Shown here piece by piece: positions 10,754 to 20,403 of a stretch of DNA of 64,000 nucleotides. Below the pieces are notes generated by a model, which was not told the DNA's origin, searched no databases, and saw only the letters and a list, made by a program, of their open reading frames with translations. Source of the stretch: Phycisphaerae bacterium (lineage in GTDB: Bacteria > Planctomycetota > Phycisphaerae > UBA1845); contig CAXXGO010000006.1 of the NCBI GenBank assembly GCA_963666835.2, positions 1,984,001 through 2,048,000 of the forward strand, read 5' to 3'. Made by a program: the position numbers and the translations under genes. How positions within the stretch are numbered: position 1 is the first letter of the stretch; each line of letters opens with the position of its first letter.

Positions 10754-11413
10754 CTACTCCACCTGCGGGCATTCAAACCGCTTGAACACGAGATCATCAC
10801 GAAAGACGTCGTCGCCCTGATCGTCATTAGGCACAAAGGTGAGTTTCAATCGGTCTTCGCTCAGAGTTACGAGCCATTCATAGTCCTCAACCGCCTCGGC
10901 CATCTCGATCCTGCCGGTCTCGGGATCGTTGAACCCGACCTCGTCGGTCGTGAAGCTGAGGCGATTGCCGTCCGCGGTAGTGAAATCGCCCGAATAGACC
11001 TGCACCATTGTGGTGAGCCCCCAACCGTCCTCGGTGAGGATCAGCCATTTCATCTCACCGGTTTCCGTATCAAACACGAAAACCTCATAATCGTCGAACG
11101 GATAGGAGTCCGGGAGTAACGCCGCCACGGATTCATCTTCGACCTGGGGCGGGTCCGCCTCGATCTCTATCGTGGCGAACGTCCCCCAGCACCCGGTGAG
11201 TCCGTCCAAATCGTCGACGATCGTCCCTCCGGCAACCGCGGTCAGCGGGTCGGCCTCGTCTTGAGCGAAGGTCGCCTTCGCTTCCACCACCGTAGTTAAC
11301 TCGTCGGGAAGATCCTGAATCGGCGCGAAAATCGGCTCACATCCGGCCGTGACCAAGAGCATTCCCAGCCCCAAACACCCGATCCAGGCAATTGAAATAG
11401 CGCAGCGCTTCAT
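10754..11413 (-). CDS. Hypothetical acidic lipoprotein (beta-rich)
   Basis: MKR + hydrophobic stretch + VTAGC lipobox; GGGAG RBS. Confidence 0.8.
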   Translation of the reverse strand: MKRCAISIAWIGCLGLGMLLVTAGCEPIFAPIQDLPDELTTVVEAKATFAQDEADPLTAVAGGTIVDDLDGLTGCWGTFATIEIEADPPQVEDESVAALLPDSYPFDDYEVFVFDTETGEMKWLILTEDGWGLTTMVQVYSGDFTTADGNRLSFTTDEVGFNDPETGRIEMAEAVEDYEWLVTLSEDRLKLTFVPNDDQGDDVFRDDLVFKRFECPQVE

Positions 11414-11649
11414 GGTATTGACACTCCCGCAAAGAAAACGGCCCTACATCCACCGAAACGCCGCGTACCATCCTATTTCGCGTGCGTATACCGTTTGCCG
11501 ACATGATTGGCCTCCAAACGTCGAAAGAAAGTGAATCCACACCAAGTACACGAAGTGTACCGCGAATTACCGTGGCCGTCAACGTGGATATTGGATTAGT
11601 CCACTGATTACGCGAGAAACACGCTCTCCTGTCCCCCGATCGAACACGC

Positions 11650-12680
11650 CTGCCGCCAGGTAGGTCGGGCTCTGCCCAATGGTACTCACCTTGTCAGGCC
11701 GCCATGCGGGCAACCGTCGCGAAGGGACTTTGGGCATGTAGCCACGGGTGGAGCGAAGCGGAACCCGTGGGTGAGATCGCTCGCCACGTACTCCCGGCCC
11801 GAAGGGCCGGAGGAGGGCGGATCTGGAGGCAGGCTGGAAGCCTACGCTACGGGGTGTGCCGAAGGGCCGGCGGACGTTTGCAGAGAATGCCCGAATGGCC
11901 ACACTCCGCCGCCGACAATCGGCTTCGGAGGTCTCGCCACCGTGCCGCAACCCCTCGTGGGGGTAGGCCTCCGATCTGACCGTGATCCCAGGGTAGCCGC
12001 TGCGCGGCAACCCTGGGCTATAGGACGTAACGCTTTCGGCGTAGTTCGGTACATGGTGAATTCCCGCGCAATGCCGCATTCTTGCGAAGCGCCTGTAGAG
12101 CAGCTTGTTCGTCGACCTTGCCCTACGGGAGATGACAACCGGATGGCAACGCCGGTTTTGCACTGCTCAAGAGCAGTGGCACACCGGCCGGCGGGTAGCC
12201 CCTTGGGGCGACAGATCCTCTAGCCCCACGGCGTAAGCCTGGGGAAACGTTCGGGCGTTTCGCGCCAAGCACCCTTGGGGGCGGCAGAAGACATCGAGGC
12301 TTGGATCGGAAACCGGTGATTCAATATCATCCGGAAAGCACGTTGGCGACGACCGGGGCTCCTTCGAATATCGAGGTGCCGCCTCTGGCGGGGCTGGGGT
12401 TGACGTGCGATTCGATCCTGCGGCTGACGCCGCGGGCTATGCAGAGCTGTCGGCCTGACGGGCTGGTCCCGCGAGACACGCAGGTGGCACTTATTGCCGC
12501 GCGTGGAGAGCATCCGCTCCCCCACGTCCCAGGCAATATGGCATCGCGTGATTCTCGACAGACGGGAGCATACACGAAAGCCAGAAGGACGTGGGCCACC
12601 CAGTCAGCGTGAATTAATGGTCATGTCTTCGTGCGATGTGCGCTATTGTGGCAGGTCTCATTCCTCGACCGTGTCCTACT
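11650..12680. repeat. Mosaic of REP/REPIN-like palindromes, no credible CDS
   Basis: GTAGCCACGGGTGGAGCGAAGCGGAACCCGTGG (~11738); CCGGCCCGAAGGGCCGG; GCAGGCTGGAAGCCTACGCTAC (~11830); CCCAGGGTAGCCGCTGCGCGGCAACCCTGGG (11987); degenerate family-A copy at ~12107; family-A copy at 12650-12679. Confidence 0.75.
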
Positions 12681-12744
12681 TCGACCATGCCGTGCGAAAC
12701 TCGGCCGTGCACTGAACGTACGTCAAAGGCGGTTAACAGCGTTG

Positions 12745-15700
12745 TCAAGGCGCCGGCAATACCACGATCCGCAGACCGACATCGTCGAAGGGGCGGGCGG
12801 GGTCGCGGGGGGAGGGGCGGGTGTGGTCGTTGGTGGCGGAGCTGCGGAAGGAGTCGCCTACGGACTGCAGCCGGCCGCCTGCGGTAGGGGAGACCCACTC
12901 GCTGACGTTGCCCAGCAGGTCATACACGAGCCAGCCGCCGGGTCGATATGACCCGACCGGGGCATACGCTCCGAAGCCGTCGGTGTGCCCGGGGGCTACG
13001 ATAAGGAACGATTCGTCGGACTCGAAGTTCGCCCGCTGCGGATCGAGTCGGCCCGTCCCGTCCGGTGTGTATGTCAGGAACCGTGGGTCAAGGTCACCAT
13101 CCCGGCGACCGCCGTTAAGGGCGCAAACCCACTCGGTCAACGTGGGAGGCCGGGCAATGACCGCATCGCCCAGCCGCTCGGTGAGTCGCCCGCAGAACGC
13201 GTGTACTTCGCCCGCGGCAATGAACGCCGCTGGGTTGGCATCCAGCGCCCGCATCTTATCGAAGAACTCGCCGCCGGAGTGGGGCGGCGGCCCACCCATC
13301 ACGGCCGTGTACTGGCCAACGGTCAGTTCGGTCCGGCTCATCCATACCGGGTCCAAAACTCCGGCTTCGGGGTCTGCGGGTATGAAAGTAAGGTCGAGCG
13401 TTGCTGCCTCTTCGCCGTTATCCGCCGGAATGGGAATAGACATCGTTACCCAATCCAACAGACCCTTGACGGTTGCCCGGTCATCTTCGGCTAGGATAGT
13501 CCAGGGATAGATCCGCTGGTCCAGGGCCGCTTCGACCGGATCGGCTTGCCCGGTAAGTGTCGGATAGTCCAGGTCCAACTCATCGAGCATCCGCCGGGCA
13601 GCACCCGTCCTATCAACTTCGGCCAGCCGAGCCCGCGTATCCGATGGGGGACTTCCCGTCTGCAGCCACTCGGTCGCCTGCGCCAGAAGCGGCTCAAGAT
13701 GCGCCCGGCGCGAATCGTCCAACCTCGCCGCGGCCGCATTGACCTTGCTGGTGAAGTGCTCCGCAAGGCCGGCCTCTGCCGCTTCGCGCGTCGTTTGATC
13801 TAAAAAGAACCGGGCCGCCCGCCAATCGCCGTGGGCTGACTTCTGCTCCGCCATTGAATACCGGGCATCGATCCGCGCCAGGCTCTCGCGCGTCTCCCGC
13901 CCCGGGGTCACCTGCACGGTAACGGTATTGACGGCCGCATCCGTTCCATCGCTGACCTCAACCGCAAAGACCAGCGTAGCTCCGTCGATCAGGTCCGGTG
14001 CGGTGAACGTCGCCTTGGCGGTGTCCGCACCGGACAGCGCGACCTCAGGTCCACCCTCTTGCGTCCACACGTACGTCAGTTTGTCGCCGTCGGGGTCGGA
14101 ACTGCCGGTCGCGTCGAGCGTTACCTCGCTCTTCCCCTCGACGGCTTGATCGTCGCCCGCCTGCGCAAGCGGCGGTTGGTTAGGGGCGGCTACGGGGCGA
14201 ACCGTAATCACTACCGTGTCGGTCGCAGAGGTTTGCCCGTCCGAAACCTCCAAGCTGAAAGACAGCTTGCTCAGCTCGGCCACATCGGGAGCGATGAACG
14301 TCGGCTCGGCGGTGCGGTGATCGGACAACGTCACTTCCGCGCCGCCAATGTGCGTCCACGAGTACGTTAAGGCGTCGCCGTCGGGGTCGCTGCTGTCCGC
14401 GGCGCTTAGCTTAACCTCCGTAAGCTCGTCAACCGCCTGATCCGGACCCGCCTTGGCGATGGGGCTCCGATTGACCGGCACTTCCGGGCGAACGGTCACG
14501 GTCATCGAATCCGCCGCGCCGACGGTTCCGTCGGAGATTGCTACGCGGAACGTCAGCACGGTCACTTCAGATACGTCCGGGGCGGTAAACGTTGCCAAGG
14601 CCGTCTCGGGGTCGGTGAGCGCCACTTCCGGCCCGCTCATCTGGTCCCAAGAGTAGGTTATATCATCGCCGTCCGGATCGCGGCTGCCTTCGGCGTCCAA
14701 CGTAACCCTCGCGCCCTCGGTGACGGTCTGATCCTGACCGGCATAAGCGATCGGCTCGGTGTTATGCGGCCAGGTTGCCCACACGACGATCGCCGCGGCC
14801 ACCGCGACCACAGACCCCGCCAGAGCCATTGCGTTCCTTTGCCTGCCGGCTCCGGCCCGCACCGCGGCCACCAGAGCGTCATCGTCCTGACCCTCATGTC
14901 TCGGCCTATCGTCCGATTCGCCGAGAGCTTCGGCCAGGGCATCATCCCACCGGCTCGGGCGGACGAACGAGAACCTCTCCAGATCCCACACGCAGTCCAA
15001 CTCCAGAGGATCTTGCCCCCGTACGGCCAGACGGAACCGAATCTCCTCGACGGGCTCGTCGATCCGTTTGGGGAGCACGGTGAGCTTGGCCTTTGCGCGG
15101 GTTTGCTTGGCTCGGACCTGGATCTCGGACTTCAGCGCCGCCCAATAGCCCCGTTGAGCTTCCAGGATGATCTTGCGGAGTTTCTTGGCTGCAGAACTCA
15201 GGTCTACGTTCCAAGTCGCCTGTCCGACCTGTGCACAAGTTACCGGGAACTTCTGAAGGGTCTGCGAACTCACCGGCCCGCCGGCGCGGATCGCCACCCG
15301 TCCTTCCAGTCTCAGCTCTTGCGGCAGAGTATCGGTGTCCGGCGCGGGCGGCAGATCGGCCACGACCAGAAGGACGGGGCGATACTCCTTCAACTCGTCT
15401 GCTCCGGCGAGCAGTCTCTGCTCCAGTTCCTTGCCGACTGCGGTCGCAGCAATCTGCAGAGCTTGTCTGACGAACTCGGCCGGATCACTGTAGGCCCAGC
15501 CTAACTCGGCGGCGTTCCAGGTGATCTCCGTTTCAACGAAGCCGGCGGAAGACTGCGTACCCAATAGCCTGGCCGTTGCCGGCAGAGTGACGACCGGCTC
15601 GCCGGGTACCACGGCCAAGTCGGCTTGCGGGAACAGTCCGGCGCGCAGGCAGTCTCCTAATGCCGTAACGCCGGCTCTTTGCATGCCCGTAAGCCAATCG

Positions 15701-18258
15701 TTCAACTCGTTGCGAAGCTGACCGCGCAGAGCGCCGTCTTCGTCGAGGATCCGTCGAGACTCGCCGTCAACTCGAAAATGGAAGCCTATTGCCGCTTCGG
15801 CCGGCGCCTTTTCCGGCGTTTGTTCGAGTGCCCGTTCAGGTCGCGGACATACCGTGACGCGCCATTCATCGGTTCCGCGATCCGCATTCGTTTCCTCGGT
15901 GTCCAACTGCACTTCGAGCGCGTCCGGATGGATCAGCGCCGGGAACTGCTTCGCCAACACCTCACGCACGAAACCGCGGGCAAGGGTCTCGACGGCCTCG
16001 CGTTTTAATCGCAGGTGATCGCGCGACTTCTCTTCGATCTTGGCTAACCCAAGCTGTCGGAGCTTCGTAGCGCGGTCCTGAATCTCGCCCGGGATGGTTT
16101 CTATCTGCGGGGGCTCGTCGAGGATTCGCACGGCCTCCTCCCACTGCCCGTTCTTGCCGGCTAAGTCCGCGCGACCCAGCCAAGCGTCAAGTTGGCGCCG
16201 GTCTTCTTCTTCTTGGGCACGCTCACGTTCGGCCGCTGCTATCGACTCCTGCAGTTGCTTCTCGTATTGGGCGGTCTCCTTGAGCAGCTTCGCCGGCAAC
16301 AGTTCGAGGTTCGGCCGTTGCGAGAGCAGCTCCGCACCGCCGCTGACGTCTTCACTTTCTGCGGCCTGGCGAATCTGCAGGCACCATTGCCGGGCGTGTT
16401 TCTCCTCGGTGCGTTTTTGCCTCGCTGCCTCGACGCGTTCGGTGAGCCGGTCGACATCGGCAACGATACCGTCGGGCCAATGCGTCAGCTTCGGCCGGTC
16501 TTCCAGCAATTGCTCGGCTCGCTCCCAGTTCTGGGCGTCGACTGCCAAGCGGAGCTGGTTTGCCCAGAGCTCGGCGGCGGAACGGTCGGTCTCAATCGCC
16601 TTCAGAGTCTCCAGTTCGGCGCGGTGCTCGTCGAGCTTGCGCCGGGCGTCGTCGGCGCGGGCCGCAATATCCTCGGGCCAGTGCCGCAGTTCGGGGCGAT
16701 TGTCGAGTAAGTTCTCCAGCGACTCCCATCTGGCACCGGTCAGCGCCGATTCAGTCTCCTTCATCCACTTCTCGGCAGCGGCTCGGTCAACCTCCATCGC
16801 CGCTTGGGCGGCGGGTAGAGCCTGCTCGAGTCGGTTGGAAACGCTTTGGCTTACCGTTGCCACCCGATTGCGCACCGGCTCCAGAAGGTCCGGTTCCGCT
16901 TGGCAATCGCCAAGTCGATCGAGCAAGGTCTGCATCAGCTCGACGGTTTCGTACGGCGCCGATCCTTCGTCCTGTTCGATTTGCCGCTCAACCTCGTCGA
17001 GCATCCGAGTTGTTGCCAGGCTCGACCTGACGCGCTCGCGCATTCCCCGCGCCCGCGTCGCGAGTTCCGCGGATACTCCGGGCGTACTCAAGACCCGCTC
17101 GACCGGCTCTGCCGCGGTTGGCCAATCTCCCCCCACAAGCGCCTGCTCGGCTTGAGCCAGCAGAGTGCTTGCTTCGGCATGAGCGGCGAGCGTGTTAGCC
17201 CTCTGCAACACGTCGGCCGGAGTGTTCGGATTCTCCGCCAAGCTCCGCGCCGCCTGCGAGACCTTGTCCCAATCTCCCTCCCGGGCCAGAGTCTCAACCG
17301 TTTCGAGCTGACTTCTAAGGTTATCAGCGGTGGCATCGCCGGACACGTGCTCGCTCAACGCCTCAACAACCGCTGAGGCAGAAGGCCGCGCGCGCGGCAA
17401 GCGGGCCAGCGCCTGGGCGATAAGTTCGCACCAGCGCTGCACCCCGGGGTCCTTGGATTCACGCAGGTCCTGGCGCCGGGCACCGTTGTAAGGGAACATG
17501 GCCATCAGCTCGGAGGTCTCCACCATGCGGTGGGCGTCCGGTTCGTCGGGCAGATATGGGTGTTTGTGCTCGGCCAGGAAGTGGAGGACGAACGCCGCGG
17601 AGATCACATCCGAGGCCGGCTCGAACGCGTGCAGGCTCTCGGTCCCGTACTTCTCCGGATCGATGAACGCGCAGATGCGGCCGTCTCGCTCGTATTCGTC
17701 CCGGGAGAGGACTTCCCACATTCCCGTGACTTGCACCTCTCCGGGGCCGGCTTCCACGGGGTTAACGGCCAGGTTCACGTACGCCTCCGTCCCAAACACG
17801 CTGCAGAACGCCGATGCAAAGGCGAAATCGGTGATCTTGGCGGTGCCGTCCGGGGCAAAGAGAAGCACGCGGGGGCATACCGCCCCGTGAACGATGGGCC
17901 GCTGTCCTTCACAGGCATGTGCGACGCGTAGGGCATCGAACATGGCCACCGTAACCCGCAACAGCTCGGATTCACGCATGGCCGGGGCCGATTGGTCGAA
18001 GAGCCCGCCGATCGCCATTGCTTTCGCGGGCTCATGCTCAACGTAGAACCCGCTTCCATCCGGAAGTTGCTGGAGCCCGCCGTGGAATTGGAGGACGTGG
18101 GTGGTTTGGGAGGCGATCTGGTCCTGGCGTTCGACTGCCGCGGTCAGGGCCTCGCCGAGCTTCTCCCAGTCACTATCGCCGGCATCGGCCGGTCGTCGGA
18201 TGACGCGTCGATAGCTTTGAGCCACGGTTGGTAGACCTCGTCCTGCCGTTAATGCCAA
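12745..18258 (-). CDS. Large membrane protein: degenerate Ser/Thr-kinase-like domain, helical repeats, TM, 3 PKD/REJ-like Ig domains, C-terminal FGE-sulfatase (SUMF1) domain
   Basis: IVHGAVCP..LL...G.AKITDFAF; TM ALAGSVVAVAAAIVVWATW; 3x N..P.A.AG.DQ.V..V.LDA..S.DPDGD; MSRTELTVGQY..PTLTEW..YDLLGNVSEWV..GLRIV. Confidence 0.85.
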   Translation of the reverse strand: MALTAGRGLPTVAQSYRRVIRRPADAGDSDWEKLGEALTAAVERQDQIASQTTHVLQFHGGLQQLPDGSGFYVEHEPAKAMAIGGLFDQSAPAMRESELLRVTVAMFDALRVAHACEGQRPIVHGAVCPRVLLFAPDGTAKITDFAFASAFCSVFGTEAYVNLAVNPVEAGPGEVQVTGMWEVLSRDEYERDGRICAFIDPEKYGTESLHAFEPASDVISAAFVLHFLAEHKHPYLPDEPDAHRMVETSELMAMFPYNGARRQDLRESKDPGVQRWCELIAQALARLPRARPSASAVVEALSEHVSGDATADNLRSQLETVETLAREGDWDKVSQAARSLAENPNTPADVLQRANTLAAHAEASTLLAQAEQALVGGDWPTAAEPVERVLSTPGVSAELATRARGMRERVRSSLATTRMLDEVERQIEQDEGSAPYETVELMQTLLDRLGDCQAEPDLLEPVRNRVATVSQSVSNRLEQALPAAQAAMEVDRAAAEKWMKETESALTGARWESLENLLDNRPELRHWPEDIAARADDARRKLDEHRAELETLKAIETDRSAAELWANQLRLAVDAQNWERAEQLLEDRPKLTHWPDGIVADVDRLTERVEAARQKRTEEKHARQWCLQIRQAAESEDVSGGAELLSQRPNLELLPAKLLKETAQYEKQLQESIAAAERERAQEEEDRRQLDAWLGRADLAGKNGQWEEAVRILDEPPQIETIPGEIQDRATKLRQLGLAKIEEKSRDHLRLKREAVETLARGFVREVLAKQFPALIHPDALEVQLDTEETNADRGTDEWRVTVCPRPERALEQTPEKAPAEAAIGFHFRVDGESRRILDEDGALRGQLRNELNDWLTGMQRAGVTALGDCLRAGLFPQADLAVVPGEPVVTLPATARLLGTQSSAGFVETEITWNAAELGWAYSDPAEFVRQALQIAATAVGKELEQRLLAGADELKEYRPVLLVVADLPPAPDTDTLPQELRLEGRVAIRAGGPVSSQTLQKFPVTCAQVGQATWNVDLSSAAKKLRKIILEAQRGYWAALKSEIQVRAKQTRAKAKLTVLPKRIDEPVEEIRFRLAVRGQDPLELDCVWDLERFSFVRPSRWDDALAEALGESDDRPRHEGQDDDALVAAVRAGAGRQRNAMALAGSVVAVAAAIVVWATWPHNTEPIAYAGQDQTVTEGARVTLDAEGSRDPDGDDITYSWDQMSGPEVALTDPETALATFTAPDVSEVTVLTFRVAISDGTVGAADSMTVTVRPEVPVNRSPIAKAGPDQAVDELTEVKLSAADSSDPDGDALTYSWTHIGGAEVTLSDHRTAEPTFIAPDVAELSKLSFSLEVSDGQTSATDTVVITVRPVAAPNQPPLAQAGDDQAVEGKSEVTLDATGSSDPDGDKLTYVWTQEGGPEVALSGADTAKATFTAPDLIDGATLVFAVEVSDGTDAAVNTVTVQVTPGRETRESLARIDARYSMAEQKSAHGDWRAARFFLDQTTREAAEAGLAEHFTSKVNAAAARLDDSRRAHLEPLLAQATEWLQTGSPPSDTRARLAEVDRTGAARRMLDELDLDYPTLTGQADPVEAALDQRIYPWTILAEDDRATVKGLLDWVTMSIPIPADNGEEAATLDLTFIPADPEAGVLDPVWMSRTELTVGQYTAVMGGPPPHSGGEFFDKMRALDANPAAFIAAGEVHAFCGRLTERLGDAVIARPPTLTEWVCALNGGRRDGDLDPRFLTYTPDGTGRLDPQRANFESDESFLIVAPGHTDGFGAYAPVGSYRPGGWLVYDLLGNVSEWVSPTAGGRLQSVGDSFRSSATNDHTRPSPRDPARPFDDVGLRIVVLPAP

Positions 18259-18364
18259 AGTCCAAGCGCCGCCGGGGACTTCCCTGCCGTCCCGCCCGTC
18301 CGGGCGGCCCGCGACCCGGTCCGATCCCCGGACGCCCCCGTGTCACGTGCCTGATAGGTTAGCA

Positions 18365-18615
18365 GCATTCCCCGACCCGATCGAGCCGAGGGTGGGGAAT
18401 CGACTCCGAAGCTCTCGTAGGGCACGGTCGAGGCACGAGACCTGCCGCAAAGGTGAGTGTGCCCCATCCTTTGCCCCGGGGTTGTATTGTGATAGGAAGA
18501 AAGCCCCGTCCGCAGATGGAATTACGGTACACGCATCGTTCATCGGGCGAAGGGTGGGGAATCGAATGGAAGGCGAGTCTCTCTCGGGCTTTCATCCATC
18601 CCCCACCCATTCCGG
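18365..18615. repeat. REP-like cluster
   Basis: Family-A GTAGGGCACGGTCGAGGCACGAGACCTGCC at 18417-18446; AGGGTGGGGAATCGA twice (~18389, ~18551). Confidence 0.7.
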
Positions 18616-18690
18616 CGCTGAGGGAGCGCGGCTGTTCCAGGCCGGTACCCGCCGGAATGGAGCACCCGCGCCGGTATGAGGCACCCACTA

Positions 18691-19290
18691 CTAACTACGA
18701 TTCTCGAAGACCTGCATGTAGAAGTACTCGCCGACGCGTACGAGCGCTGTCGGGGGCAGGGCGATCTGTTGCTGCAGCTCCTCCGGGGAGAAACGGATGT
18801 CCATCGGCGGACCGAACGGCGTGTTTCGTTTGTCGATTTCGACAATAGCCAACCTGCCACGCGGCTTCAGGATGCGAACGACCTCGCTCCTGAGATTCTC
18901 AATCTGTCCCGGCGGGAAACCGTGGATCACCGTTGCCAGATAGACCAGATCCACCGAATCGTCCGCAAATGGTGTTGTTCCGGTTATATCGCCCGTTAAC
19001 GCGTGGATATTGCTTCCGTCGGTTTCCTTCTGCAACGCCGCTATTGCCGATTCATCGGGGTCGAGTGCATACACCATTCCCGTGTTATTCAACGCCGCCG
19101 AGAAAGCCTTCGACATGTACCCGTTCCCACAACCGGCGTCCAGAATAGTCTGTCCGGGAAGGACCTTCAGCTCCTTCAGGATCACCTCTTTATCAAGGAG
19201 TTCCTCCGACGATCTCCCCTCGTGGTGGTGTTCCCTCGTGGCGCGCTCTCTTGCGATGTGATCCTGTCCCTCGGCAGGCCCGTTACTCAT
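18691..19290 (-). CDS. Class I SAM-dependent methyltransferase
   Basis: ILDAGCGNG, VYALD, GDI, DSVDLV, ILKPRGRL; ATG 19290 with AAGGAG. Confidence 0.9.
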   Translation of the reverse strand: MSNGPAEGQDHIARERATREHHHEGRSSEELLDKEVILKELKVLPGQTILDAGCGNGYMSKAFSAALNNTGMVYALDPDESAIAALQKETDGSNIHALTGDITGTTPFADDSVDLVYLATVIHGFPPGQIENLRSEVVRILKPRGRLAIVEIDKRNTPFGPPMDIRFSPEELQQQIALPPTALVRVGEYFYMQVFENRS

Positions 19291-19430
19291 CCATCCACTC
19301 CTTGCGTCGGTTATCGTTGAGAGAGGCAGCAGGTGCCTCGCCCAGCGCGTTTCCTGGTTCTCTGAGCGGTGATCACCGATGGTCCGGCCCCCGTTTTCAA
19401 CAGCCGGTTGCTGCGCCCGCTTACCGTCCG

Positions 19431-20153
19431 TCAATCGCGCCGACCGAGCACAATCGAGGCGTAGTACAGCATAGTCATGACGGCCGTGATCGTGGCGGCG
19501 ACGTAGGTCATGGCCGCGGCGTTGAGAACCTTGCCCACGACGCGGTTTTCCTGCGGCGATATCATCCCCTGCTCCAGCAGGATACTTCTGGCGCGTGACG
19601 AGGCGTTGAACTCGACCGGCAGGTTCACCAACTGAAACAACACCACGACCCCGAACAGCCCGAGTCCGATGACCGCAACGGTAGATCCGATGCTTGAACC
19701 CAGGAAGGAGCTCATAATGATCCCGACCACGATCAGGCCTATCGAAAGCTGGCTTCCGATAGACGCCATCGGGACCAGGTTGTTGCGGATCGCCAGGGGG
19801 GCATAGCCGGCGGAGTGTTGGATGGCGTGTCCGACTTCGTGGGCTGCGATGCCCAGCGATGCAAGCGATCGTCCCTGGTAGACCTCAGGGCTGAGTCTAA
19901 GCACCCGGTGACGCGGATCATAATGGTCGCCGAGGAAAGACCGGATCGGCTCGATCGCCACGTCGGCGATGCCGTACGCGTTGAGGATCCGCTGGGCGGT
20001 CTCCGCGCCGCTCAACCCGGATCGCGCGGGGCATCGCCCGGCTTGGGCGTAGGCGGACTTGACCATTCCCTGGGCCAGCATGGCCAGTATGATCGCCGGG
20101 CCAACATAGACGAAATACATCGGGTCAAAGAGATAGAACGCCATCATTTCCAT
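19431..20153 (-). CDS. Membrane zinc metallopeptidase (YugP / Zn_peptidase_2 family)
   Basis: DHYDP..LRLS, AAHEVGHAIQH, LPVEFNAS.RA, AAAMTYVA. Confidence 0.92.
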   Translation of the reverse strand: MEMMAFYLFDPMYFVYVGPAIILAMLAQGMVKSAYAQAGRCPARSGLSGAETAQRILNAYGIADVAIEPIRSFLGDHYDPRHRVLRLSPEVYQGRSLASLGIAAHEVGHAIQHSAGYAPLAIRNNLVPMASIGSQLSIGLIVVGIIMSSFLGSSIGSTVAVIGLGLFGVVVLFQLVNLPVEFNASSRARSILLEQGMISPQENRVVGKVLNAAAMTYVAATITAVMTMLYYASIVLGRRD

Positions 20154-20403
20154 CAGTTCACCTCCGTATCCGGTAAGGACGACCGGCTTCGCCGTCGAGT
20201 CCGAAGGGCGCTGCGGTCGGCCCACGAGGTTCTTCGAACTATATGATCGGCAAACGGACTTACGTCGCAACAGGGTGACAGGTTCGGGGATTGCCGGGCA
20301 AGCGCAAAAAACGACCGGGCGAGAGGGCGAAATCGCCGCTCTACGCCCGGCCGCATGTCTCAGGTCAGCCGATCAGCCGACCTTGCCTCGCTCAGTCAGA
20401 AGA

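Noticed and set aside
11579..12612. Several ORFs across the REP mosaic
   Set aside because: They are translations of palindromic repeats with no domain motifs; no HUH transposase signature.
12619..13450. Diversity-generating retroelement targeting the C-terminal FGE/CLec domain
   Set aside because: No reverse transcriptase or template repeat in the window; the nearby 61-nt repeat is non-coding and its mismatches are not adenine-specific. A remote TR cannot be excluded.
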